Assembly (NCBI GenBank): GCA_964016885.1
Contig: OZ024763.1
Location: 10,044,001-10,108,000, forward strand
Direction: 5' to 3'
Length of the DNA stretch: 64,000 nt
Origin: Eledone cirrhosa
Taxonomy: Eukaryota
The position numbers and the translations under genes are program-made. Under the pieces are notes generated by a model. It was not told the DNA's origin. It ran no database searches and saw only the letters and a program-made list of their open reading frames with translations. This document shows, piece by piece, positions 12,262 to 43,800 of the stretch (positions are counted from its first letter, which is position 1; every line of letters begins with the position of its first letter).

Positions 12262-12311
<50 letters not shown>

Positions 12312-12331
12312 TATATATATGTGTATGTATA

Positions 12332-12393
<62 letters not shown>

Positions 12394-12433
12394 CATATAT
12401 ATATATGTGTATATATATATATGTATACATATA

Positions 12434-12464
<31 letters not shown>

Positions 12465-12619
12465 GCATATATATATGTATAATATATATATATATATTTA
12501 TATATATCATGATGACGATGAAGATGATGATATATATATATACACATAGTTTAAGAATAAACAAGACAAATACAGATGCAAAATTTATATATACATCCAC
12601 ACATCGACACACACTCATA

Positions 12620-12652
<33 letters not shown>

Positions 12653-12740
12653 GTATGTATACATATGTATATATGGTGTATATATATTTATACATTTACA
12701 TATATATATATATATGTATGTATGTATATATATATGTACG

Positions 12741-12822
<82 letters not shown>

Positions 12823-12875
12823 AACATGTATATATATATATACATATACATATATATAATATATATATATACACT
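11878..12875. repeat. About 1 kb (TA)n-dominated compound microsatellite upstream of the PLA2 gene
   Basis: Directly visible. Confidence 0.95.
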
Positions 12876-13019
12876 TTATATTTATACAGTTAGTGAGTTT
12901 GTCATGTGCATGCTCTTCAATAAAACAGTTTACTTAAGTGCGTTCCTTTTATCATTCATTCACTCTAGTTTGTTTTCCTCTGCTATTTTCTATCTTTATC
13001 TCTTTTCTCACCATATTTC

Positions 13020-13412
13020 TAATGCAAGACACTGCCTATCGTTTTCAAACCATTTTCAACGCAGTTATATTACGGAATCATTCCAAATACTTAATTAACT
13101 CATTATTTAGTTGGTATTTAGAATATAACATAAGAAATGGTCTTACATAAAATGTTGAGGGATGGGGTTTAGATAAACATAAACACTTTAACCCTTTCGT
13201 TACTATATTTCTAAAGAAAGACGCTGCTTATGATTTTTTAGATAATTTTTGAAATAATTAATAATTTGATAGGATTTAGTAATATAACTAACTTTCTTAT
13301 TATTTAGTTGGTATTTGGAACATAACTTAACAAAGTTTCTTACATAAAATCCTGATGAATGATTTCTAGATCAATATAAATATATATAGATAGATAAATA
13401 TAAACACTTTAA
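13020..13412. repeat. Two tandem diverged copies of an AT-rich repeat with a TTAACCCTTT end; third copy at about 30140-30345
   Basis: Shared ...TTATTTAGTTGGTATTT(A/G)GAA(T/C)ATAAC...TTACATAAAAT...TAGATAAA(C/T)ATAAACACTTTAA. TTAA-CCC ends suggest a piggyBac-type MITE (inference). Confidence 0.55.
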
Positions 13413-13680
13413 ATTTTCTCCACTTTTGTTTATAGTGAGCAACTGTTTTGTAGTTATTTTCTGCATTTAGGACTCTCCCATTTTCAAATTTGAAAATAGA
13501 ACAATGGTTGGTTTCCAGTAGTTTATTATCGGGCTAGAACTATATTTTATCATTAGTGATACATTCATTATTTCCACACACCCTACCTATTCTTTTTTGT
13601 CATTAATTCTTCTTGATTTTTTGTGGCAAATCCTTGATTCCTGTGGATCCCTTTGTTGTTGGAAATCCTTGTTTTTCAAT

Positions 13681-32665
<18,985 letters not shown>

Positions 32666-32853
32666 AGACAATGATACTGAAGACAAACATTGCTGAAAAT
32701 GTATTTACACACACACACACACACACCATACCAGGTCACTGATACTGGGTGTCCCCTTACTCAGGTGGTACTATCAGTAATCTCTGACTCACAAGGTAGA
32801 CTCGAATCTATAGCTTGGTTATGATAACTAGTCTAGGAGTTGGTAAACTCTAA

Positions 32854-32859
32854 AATAAA
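32854..32859 (+). terminator. Candidate polyadenylation signal of the sPLA2 gene
   Basis: First AATAAA I found after the stop codon (about 190 nt downstream); no transcript evidence. Confidence 0.4.
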
Positions 32860-33204
32860 AACCTGAAGCCCCTGAAGTTCTAGGTCTTGTCATTCCATAT
32901 GTCACATCAATGAAATCTTCTGTGGTCAAGATGTGGGGGTGTAGTTCTGTGCTACTTCCTTTCAAAATATGTTCAACGACACAGGTAGTTGTACACCACA
33001 AGCTCAGTTAACATCAGCTGTATGGTTGACATTAACCTTAAAATGTACTTTAAACTCATTTGAAATGTGTCAAGCAGGATTAGTAAATAATAATTGTTTC
33101 TACTTTTGGCACAAGGCCAGCAATTCCCCAATGTATTACTGGTACTTTATTTTATCAACCCCGTAAGGATGAAAGGCAAAGTTAACCTCGGCGGGATTTG
33201 AACT

Positions 33205-33565
33205 TGTGCTTTGTTGGATGTGCAATGTCAATGTGCGTGAACAACCAAGCATAGATGGGTTGAGAGAGAAACTGTGTATAAGAGGGATAAACTGTAGTGT
33301 GCAGGAGAGGAGACTGCGGTGGTATGGACATGTGATGCGCATGGAGGATGACCAAGAAAGATGTGCCAAGAAATCCCAGTATAAGGAAGACGCAGTAGAT
33401 GAAGACCACGAAAAACATGGGCGGAGGTGGTGAGAGCAGACCTCAGATCGCTGAAGCTCATGGAGGAGATGACGAAGGACCGTGACAAGTGGATAGATGC
33501 TGTGCTGAATAGGACCCGTCCCACCCTTGCAAGCAGCGAAAAGCGGATGTAAAATGATGATGCTG
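33205..33565 (+). mobile_element. RTE LINE 3' end, same subfamily as 19975-20703
   Basis: LCWMCNVNVREQPSIDGLREKLCIRGINCSVQERRLRWYGHV and a near-identical tail CCCGTCCCACCCTTGCAAGCAGCGAAAAGCGGATGTAAAATG. Confidence 0.85.
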
Positions 33566-33579
33566 CTGATATATGTATG

Positions 33580-33985
33580 TATCATCATCACCGTTTAACA
33601 TCCATTTTCCATGCTTGCAAGAATCAGACAGGTCGTCCACATCGAGAGACAAGTCTGGGCAGAATTAGCCACACTGTACCTTGCTCCGACAAGGACTGTA
33701 AATTTCACCAGGGATTTTACAGCTGGATGCCCTTCCTAATACCAACCAAATTTACAGTGTGGGACTGGATAGAACCACTATGTGGAGGGACAGGCCAGTT
33801 GGCCATGCCAAACCCTTCACACAGTGGAACCACAATTTGGGAGTCTGGAACTGGATGGCACTGTTGAGGGGGCAACAGGCCCTTGGCCAGGCCAAACCCT
33901 TCTCTGAGTGGAACCACAGTTTGGGAGCCACAATTACATTTGCAGATTAGAACTGGTTGTCACTGATATGAAGAGAGACAGGCCA
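33580..33985 (-). mobile_element. SINE-like element, copy of the 15301-15915 family
   Basis: Direct similarity to 15301-15560 and the internal modules. Confidence 0.7.
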
Positions 33986-34715
33986 TATATATATATATAT
34001 ATATAAAATTATAAGTTTGAAGAACAGTCAGACAAAACATATCCAATTTTTCTCTTCCTTAGTCCGTAGAAATTAACTAGACAATCAATTAAACGGAGCT
34101 AAGTTAAAATATAAGTTTGAAGAAATAATGCACATAAACTTTACCAAAGTTCTTCTAGTCGTGACTATTGATAGTTTCACTTGTACTTTGTGGAAATGTC
34201 CAATCCTGGTATTATCCATGAGGTTTCTAGCTTTTCAAGGGACTCCCTCAGGACTAAAATTTCTACAGTGATCGCCGCCAGAAATGAATTCAAAAGGGGT
34301 AAGAATCATCACATGGCCAGCAGTCAAAGTAGAAGGGTGTGAAGGGTAGGCCAGATGGCAGGTAGGTTAATTGCTAAAAGTAGCAGTTAGTTACCGCCTA
34401 AGGTTTACTCAACCGAAAGGGAGTATAGAATACATTCATAAGGATATATATGTATATATTTAGACAGTCACAGAAACATATATGAGTGTGGTCACCTTCA
34501 ACGGCATGGCTCTATGAAAATTAATTAAGCAAATAATTATTAATCAGAAAATATAAATAATTTAATTTTAGGTTTAATCAATATATATAAAATATGTATT
34601 GATGTTTCTCAGTAAAAGCTCAAACTTTTGTTTATAACATCCATAATATAAAATAATGTTAAACAATATATATATAGATATATCAATTGAGAAACTACAG
34701 GCTTTAACATATATA

Positions 34716-34812
34716 CAGGTAAAATTCCATTATAACGAATACCATTATAACAATATTTTCACTCCCCGGCCACACACTATGTGTTAGGTTGAACTCGTTA
34801 TAAAGATTTTTC
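34716..34812 (+). mobile_element. Putative pogo/Tigger-like transposon terminus directly preceding the satellite
   Basis: TA|CAGGTAAAATTCCATTATAACGAATACCATTATAACAAT...CTCGTTATAAAGA; TA-CAG start and repeated TTATAAC(G) motifs. The partner end is not seen in the window. Confidence 0.45.
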
Positions 34813-37800
34813 ATCGTTTTAGTCATTTATGATAAGGTTTTAGCCATTATGATGCCGTTTTAGCCCTTTTAGAGTCACGTTAGTCTTTGATAATGCGGTT
34901 TTAGCCATTTTAGATTCATTTTGGTCGTTTATGACGCTATTTTAGCTTTTTCACAGTCGTTTTAGTCATTTATGATGCCGTTTTAGCCATTTTGGTGTTA
35001 TTTTAGTCATTTATGATGCCGTTTTAGCCCTTTTAGATTCATTTTACTCATTAAGTCATTTAAGCGTTATTTTCGTCATTTATTATGCCGTCTTAGCCAT
35101 TTTAGTGTTGCTGTAGTCATTTATGATGCTGTTTTAGCCATTTTAGATCATTTTCATCCTTTAAGATAGTGTTTTAGCCATTCTGATGCTCTTTTAGCCA
35201 TTTTAGAGTCATTTTCGTCATTTATGATGCCGTTTTAGCTATTTCAGAGTCATTTTCGTCATTTATGATGCCGTTTTAGCTATTTCAGAGTCATTTTACT
35301 CATTTATGATGCCGTTTTAGTCATTTAAGCGTCATTTCGTCATTTATGATGCGGTTTTAGCCATTTAAGAGTCATTTTACTCATTTATGATGCCGTTTTA
35401 GTAATTTAAGCGTCATTTTCGTCATTTATGATGCTGTTTTAGCCATTTTAGAGACATTTTCCTCCTTTAAGATTGTGTTTTAGCCATTATGATGCTGTTT
35501 TCGCCATTTTAGAGTTATTTCGTCATATATGATGCCGTTTTATCCCTCTTAGAGTCATTTTAGTCCATTATAATGACATTTTAGCCAATTTAGAGTCATT
35601 TTCGTCTTTTATAATGCCGTTTTAGACATTTCTGAGTCGTTTTAGTCATTTATGATGCCGTTCAGCCCTTTTTGAGTCATTTTCGTCATTTATGATGCCG
35701 TCTTAGCCATTTTAGTGTTGCTGTAGTCATTTATGATTCGGTTTTAGCCATTTTGGAGTCGTTTTAGTAATTTATGATGCTGTTTTAACCATTTTAGAGT
35801 CATTTTCCTAATTTAATATACTGTTTTAGCCATTATGATGCTGTTTTAGCCATTTTAGAGTCATTTTCGTCATTTATGCTGCCGCTTTAGACATTTTAGT
35901 GTTACTGTAGTCACTTATGATATATGATGCGGTGTTGGCCATTTTAGTGTTACTGTAGTCAAATGACTACAGTAACACTAAAATGGCTAAGACGGCATCA
36001 TAAATGACGAAAATGACTCTAAAAGGGCAAAAACGGCATCATAAATGACTGAAACGGTTTTGGCCATTTTTGAGTCGTTTTAGTCATTTATGATGCCGTT
36101 TTAGCCCTTTTAGAATCATTTTACTCATTTATGATGTCGTTTTAGTCATTTAAGCGTCAGTTTCGTCATTTATGATGCGGTTTTAGCCATTTTAGAGTCA
36201 TTTTCCTCATTTAAGATAGTGTTTTAGACATTATGATGCTGTTTTAGCAATTTTAGAGTCATTTTCGTCATTTATGATGCCGCTTTAGACATTTTGGAGT
36301 CGTTTTAGTCATTTATCATGCTGTTTTAGCTATTTCAGAGTCATATTATTCATTTATGATGCGGTTTTAACCATTTAAGTATCATTTTGGTCGTTTATGA
36401 CGCTGTTTTAGCGTTTTCAGAGTCGTTTTAGTCATATATAATGCCGTTTTATCCCTTTTGCTGTTATTTTAGTCATTTATGATGCCGTTTTAGCCCTTTT
36501 TGAGTCATTTTAGTCTTTGATAATTCAGTTTTAGCCATTTTAGAGTCATTTTCATCATTTTTGATGCCGCTTTAGACATTTTTGAGTCGTTTTAGTCATT
36601 TATGATGCTGTTTTAGCTATTTCAGAGTGGTTTTAGTCATATATAATGCCGTTTTAGCCCTTTTGGTGTTATTTTAGTCATTTATGATGCCGTTTTAGCC
36701 CTTTTAGAATCATTTTACTCATTTAGTCATTTAAGCGTTATTTTCGTCATTTATAATGCTTTTTAGCCATTTCTGCGTCATTTCCCTCATTTGTGATAGC
36801 GTTTTAGCCATTATGATGCCGTTTTAGCTATTTTAGAGTTATTTTAGTCATTTATGATGCCGATTTTGTCATTCTAGTGTCATTTTCGTCATCTATGATG
36901 CCGTTTTAGCCCTTTTAGTGTCATTTTAGTCCTTTATAATGAAATTTTAGCCAATTTAGAGTCATTTTCGTCTTTTATGATGCCGTTTTAGACATTTTTG
37001 ATTCGTTTTAGTCACTTATGATGCCGTTTTAGACCTTTAAGAGTAATTTTACTCATTTATGATGCCGTTTTGGTCATTTAAGCGTCATTTTCAACATTTA
37101 TGATGCTGTTTTAGCCATTTTAGAATCATTTTCCTCATTTAAGATAGTGTTTTAGCCATTATGATGCTGCTTTCGCCATTTTAGTGTCATTTTCGTCATT
37201 TATGATGTCGCTTTAGATATTTTGGAGTCATTTTAGTCATTTATGATGCTGTTTTAGCTATTTCAGAGTCATTTTAATCATTTATGATGCCGTTTTAGCT
37301 ATTTAAGTATCATTTTGGTCGTTTATGACGCTGTTTTAGCGTTTTCAGAGTCGTTTTAGTAATATATAATGCCGTTTTAGCCATTTTAGAGTCATTTTCC
37401 TCATTTGTGATAGGGTTTTTGGCATTATGATGCCGTTGTAATTATTTCAGAGTCATTTTAGTCATTTTTGATGCCGTTTTTGTCATTCTAGTATCATTTT
37501 CGTCATCTATGATGCAGTTTTAGCCCTTTTAGAGCCATTTTAGTCCTTCATAATGAAATTTTAGCCAATTTAGAGTTATTTTCGTCTTTTATGATGCCGC
37601 TTTAGACATTTTTGAGTCGTTTTAGTCATTTATGATAAGGTTTTAGCCATTATGATGCCGTTTTAGCCCTTTTAGAGTCACGTTAGTCTTTGATAATGCG
37701 GTTTTAGCCATTTTAGATTCATTTTGGTCGTTTATGACGCTATTTTAGCTTTTTCACAGTCGTTTTAGTCATTGATGATGCCGTTTTAGCCATTTTGGTG

Positions 37801-40800
37801 TTATTTTAGTCATTTATGATGCCGTTTTAGCCCTTTTAGATTCATTTTACTCATTTAGTCATTTAAGCGTTATTTTCGTCATTTATTATGCCGTCTTAGC
37901 CATTTCAGTGTTTCTGTAGTCATTTATGATGCTGTTTTAGCCATTTTAGAGTCATTTTCGTCATTTATGATGCCGCTTTAGACATTTTGGAGTCGTTTTA
38001 GTCATTTATGATGCGGTTTTAGCTATTTCAGAGTCATATTATTCATTTATGATGCGGTTTTAACCATTTCAGTATCATTTTGGTCGTTTAAGACGCTGTT
38101 TTAGCGTTTTCAGAGTCGTTTTAGTCATATATAATGCCGTTTTAGCCATTTTGCTGTTATTTTAGTCATTTATGATGCCATTTTAGCCCTTTTTGAGTCA
38201 TTTTAGTCTTTGATAATTCAGTTTTAGCCATTTTAGAGGTATTTTCATCACTTTTGATGCCGCTTTAGGCATTTTTGAGTCGTTTTAGTCATTTATGATG
38301 CTGTTTTAGCTATTTCAGAGTGGTTTTAGTCATATATAATGCCGTTTTAGCCCTTTTGGTGTTATTTTAGTCATTTATGATGCCGTTTTAGCCCTTTTAG
38401 AATCATTTTACAATCATTTTACTCATTTAGTCATTTAAGCGTTATTTTCGTCATTTATGATGCTTTTTTTAGCCATTTCTGCGTCATTTCCCTCATTTGT
38501 GATAGCGTTTTAGCCATTATGATGCCGTTTTAGCTATTTTATAGTCATTTAAGTCATTTATGATGCCGATTTTGTCATTCTAGTGTCATTTTCGTCATCT
38601 ATGATGCCGTTTTAGCCCTTTTAGTGTCATTTTAGTCCTTTATAATGAAATTTTAGCCAATTTAGAGTCATTTTCGTCTTTTATGATGCCGTTTTAGACA
38701 TTTTTGATTCGTTTTAGTCATTTATGATGCCGTTTTAGACCTTTAAGAGTAATTTTACTCATTTATGATGCCGTTTTGGTCATTTAAGCGTCATTTTCAA
38801 CATTTATGATGCTGTTTTAGCCATTTTAGAATCATTTTCCTCATTTAAGATAGTGTTTTAGCCATTATGATGCTGCTTTCGCCATTTTAGTGTCATTTTC
38901 GTCATTTATGATGTCGCTTTAGATATTTTGGAGTCATTTTAGTCATTTATGATGCTGTTTTAGCTATTTCAGAGTCATTTTAATCATTCATGATGCCGTT
39001 TTAACCATTTAAGTATCATTTTGGTCGTTTATGACGCTGTTTTAGCGTTTTCAGAGTCGTTTTAGTCATATATAATGCCGTTTTATCCCTTTTGCTGTTA
39101 TTTTAGTCATTTATGATGCCGTTTTAGCCCTTTTTGAGTCATTTTAGTCTTTGATAATTCAGTTTTAGCCATTTTAGAGTCATTTTCATCATTTTTGATG
39201 CCGCTTTAGACATTTTTGAGTCGTTTTAGTCATTTATGATGCTGTTTTAGCTATTTCAGAGTGGTTTTAGTCATATATAATGCCGTTTTAGCCCTTTTGG
39301 TGTTATTTTAGTCATTTATGATGCCGTTTTAGCCCTTTTAGAATCATTTTACTCATTTAGTCATTTAAGCGTTATTTTCGTCATTTATAATGCTTTTTAG
39401 CCATTTCTGCGTCATTTCCCTCATTAGTGATACCGTTTTAGCCATTATGATGCCGTTTTAGCTATTTTAGAGTTATTTTAGTCATTTATGATGCCGATTT
39501 TGTCATTCTAGTGTCATTTTCGTCATCTATGATGCCGTTTTAGCCCTTTTAGTGTCATTTTAGTCCTTTATAATGAAATTTTAGCCAATTTAGAGTCATT
39601 TTCGTCTTTTATGATGCCGTTTTAGACATTTTTGATTCGTTTTAGTCATTTATGATGCCGTTTTAGACCTTTAAGAGTAATTTTACTCATTTATGATGCC
39701 GTTTTGGTCATTTAAGCGTCATTTTCAACATTTATGATGCTGTTTTAGCCATTTTAGAATCATTTTCCTCATTTAAGATAGTGTTTTAGCCATTATGATG
39801 CTGCTTTCGCCATTTTAGTGTCATTTTCGTCATTTATGATGTCGCTTTAGATATTTTGGAGTCATTTTAGTCATTTATGATGCTGTTTTAGCTATTTCAG
39901 AGTCATTTTAATCATTTATGATGCCGTTTTAGCTATTTAAGTATCATTTTGGTCGTTTATGACGCTGTTTTAGCGTTTTCAGAGTCGTTTTAGTAATATA
40001 TAATGCCGTTTTAGCCATTTTAGAGTCATTTTCCTCATTTGTGATAGGGTTTTTGGCATTATGATGCCGTTGTAATTATTTCAGAGTCATTTTAGTCATT
40101 TGTGATGCCGTTTTTGTCATTCTAGTATCATTTTCGTCATCTATGATGCAGTTTTAGCCCTTTTAGAGCCATTTTAGTCCTTCATAATGAAATTTTAGCC
40201 AATTTAGAGTTATTTTCGTCTTTTATGATGCCGCTTTAGACATTTTTGAGTCGTTTTAGTCATTTATGATAAGGTTTTAGCCATTATGATGCCGTTTTAG
40301 CCCTTTTAGAGTCACGTTAGTCTTTGATAATGCGGTTTTAGCCATTTTAGATTCATTTTGGTCGTTTATGACGCTATTTTAGCTTTTTCACAGTCGTTTT
40401 AGTCATTGATGATGCCGTTTTAGCCATTTTGGTGTTATTTTAGTCATTTATGATGCCGTTTTAGCCCTTTTAGATTCATTTTACTCATTTAGTCATTTAA
40501 GCGTTATTTTCGTCATTTATTATGCCGTCTTAGCCATTTCAGTGTTTCTGTAGTCATTTATGATGCTGTTTTAGCCATTTTAGAGTCATTTTCGTCATTT
40601 ATGATGCCGCTTTAGACATTTTGGAGTCGTTTTAGTCATTTATGATGCGGTTTTAGCTATTTCAGAGTCATATTATTCATTTATGATGCGGTTTTAACCA
40701 TTTCAGTATCATTTTGGTCGTTTAAGACGCTGTTTTAGCGTTTTCAGAGTCGTTTTAGTCATATATAATGCCGTTTTAGCCATTTTGCTGTTATTTTAGT

Positions 40801-43800
40801 CATTTATGATGCCATTTTAGCCCTTTTTGAGTCATTCTAGTCTTTGATAATTCAGTTTTAGCCATTTTAGAGGTATTTTCATCACTTTTGATGCCGCTTT
40901 AGGCATTTTTGAGTCGTTTTAGTCATTTATGATGCTGTTTTAGCTATTTCAGAGTGGTTTTAGTCATATATAATGCCGTTTTAGCCCTTTTGGTGTTATT
41001 TTAGTCATTTATGATGCCGTTTTAGCCCTTTTAGAATCATTTTACAATCATTTTACTCATTTAGTCATTTAAGCGTTATTTTCGTCATTTATGATGCTTT
41101 TTTTAGCCATTTCTGCGTCATTTCCCTCATTTGTGATAGCGTTTTAGCCATTATGATGCCGTTTTAGCTATTTTATAGTCATTTTAGTCATTTATGATGC
41201 CGATTTTGTCATTCTAGTGTCATTTTCGTCATCTATGATGCCGTTTTAGCCCTTTTAGTGTCATTTTAGTCCTTTATAATGAAATTTTAGCCAATTTAGA
41301 GTCATTTTCGTCTTTTATGATGCCGTTTTAGACATTTTTGATTCGTTTTAGTCATTTATGATGCCGTTTTAGACCTTTAAGAGTAATTTTACTCATTTAT
41401 GATGCCGTTTGGTCATTTAAGCGTCATTTTCAACATTTATGATGCTGTTTTAGCCATTTTAGAATCATTTTCCTCATTTAAGATAGTGTTTTAGCCATTA
41501 TGATGCTGCTTTCGCCATTTTAGTGTCATTTTCGTCATTTATGATGTCGCTTTAGATATTTTGGAGTCATTTTAGTCATTTATGATGCTGTTTTAGCTAT
41601 TTCAGAGTCATTTTAATCATTTATGATGCCGTTTTAGCTATTTAAGTATCATTTTGGTCGTTTATGACGCTGCTTTAGCGTTTTCAGAGTCGTTTTAGTA
41701 ATATATAATGCCGTTTTAGCCATTTTAGAGTCATTTTCCTCATTTGTGATAGGGTTTTTGGCATTATGATGCCGTTGTAGTTATTTCAGAGTCATTTTAG
41801 TCATTTATGATGCCGTTTTTGTCATTCTAGTATCATTTTCGTCATCTAAGATGCAGTTTTAGCCCTTTTAGAGCAATTTTAGTCCTTCATAATGAAATTT
41901 TAGCCAATTTAGAGTTATTTTCGTCTTTTATGATGCCGCTTTAGACATTTTGGAGTCGTTTTAGTCATTTATAATGCGGTTTTAGCTATTTCAGAGTCAT
42001 ATTATTCATTTATGATGCGGTTTTAACCATTTAAGTATCATTTTGGTCGTTTAAGACGCTGTTTTAGCGTTTTCAGAGTCGTTTTAGTCATATATAATGC
42101 CGTTTTAGCCATTTGCTGTTATTTTAGTCATTTATGATGCCATTTTAGCCCTTTTTGAGTCATTTTAGTCTTTGATAATTCAGTTTTAGCCATTTTAGAG
42201 TCATTTTCATCATTTTTGATGCCGCTTTAGACATTTTTGAGTCGTTTTAGTCATTTATGATGCTGTTTTAGCTATTTCAGAGTGGTTTTAGTCATATATA
42301 ATGCCGTTTTAGCCCTTTTGGTGTTATTTTAGTCATTTATGATGCCGATTTTGTCATTCTAGTGTCATTTTCGTCATCTATGATGCCGTTTTAGCCCTTT
42401 TAGTGTCATTTTAGTCCTTTATAATGAAATTTTAGCCAATTTAGAGTCATTTTCGTCTTTTATGATGCCGTTTTAGACATTTTTGATTCGTTTTAGTCAT
42501 TTATGATGCCGTTTTAGACCTTTAAGAGTAATTTTACTCATTTATGATGCCGTTTTGGTCATTTAAGCGTCATTTTCAACATTTATGATGCTGTTTTAGC
42601 CATTTTAGAATCATTTTCCTCATTTAAGATAGTGTTTTAGCCATTATGATGCTGCTTTCGCCATTTTAGTGTCATTTTCGTCATTTATGATGTCGCTTTA
42701 GATTTTTGGAGTCATTTTAGTCATTTATGATGCTGTTTTAGCTATTTCAGAGTCATTTTAATCATTCATGATGCCGTTTTAACCATTTAAGTATCATTTT
42801 GGTCGTTTATGACGCTGTTTTAGCGTTTTCAGAGTCGTTTTAGTCATATATAATGCCGTTTTAGCCCTTTTGCTGTTATTTTAGTCATTTATGATGCCGT
42901 TTTAGCCCTTTTTGAGTCATTTTAGTCTTTGATAATTCAGTTTTAGCCATTTTAGAGTCATTTTCATCATTTTTGATGCCGCTTTAGACATTTTTGAGTC
43001 GTTTTAGTCATTTATGATGCTGTTTTAGCTATTTCAGAGTGGTTTTAGTCATATATAATGCCGTTTTAGCCCTTTTGGTGTTATTTTAGTCATTTATGAT
43101 GCCGTTTTAGCCCTTTTAGAATCATTTTACAATCAATTTACTCATTTAGTCATTTAAGCGTTATTTTCGTCATTTATGATGCTTTTTTAGCCATTTCTGC
43201 GTCATTTCCCTCATTCGTGATAGCGTTTTAGCCATTATGATGCCGTTTTAGCTATTTTAGAGTCATTTTAGTCATTTATGATGCCGATTTTGTCATTCTA
43301 GTGTCATTTTCGTCATCTATGATGCCGTTTTAGCCCTTTTAGAGTCATTTTAGTCCTTTATAATGAAATTTTAGCCAATTTAGAGTCATTTTCGTCTTTT
43401 ATGATGCCGTTTTAGACATTTTTGATTCGTTTTAGTCATTTATGATGCCGTTTTAGACCTTTAAGAGTAATTTTACTCATTTATGATGCCGTTTTGGTCA
43501 TTTAAGCGTCATTTTCAACATTTATGATGCTGTTTTAGCCATTTTAGAATCATTTTCCTCATTTAAGATAGTGTTTTAGCCATTATGATGCTACTTTCGC
43601 CATTTTAGTGTCATTTTCGTCATTTATGATGTCGCTTTAGATATTTTGGAGTCATTTTAGTCATTTATGATGCTGTTTTAGCTATTTCAGAGTCATTTTA
43701 ATCATTTATGATGCCGTTTTAGCTATTTAAGTATCATTTTGGTCGTTTATGACGCTGCTTTAGCGTTTTCAGAGTCGTTTTAGTAATATATAATGCCGTT

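Noticed and set aside
957-13098. Many [12 protein letters not shown] ORFs in the track
   Set aside because: (TA)n and (CA)n microsatellite translations with no protein signal.
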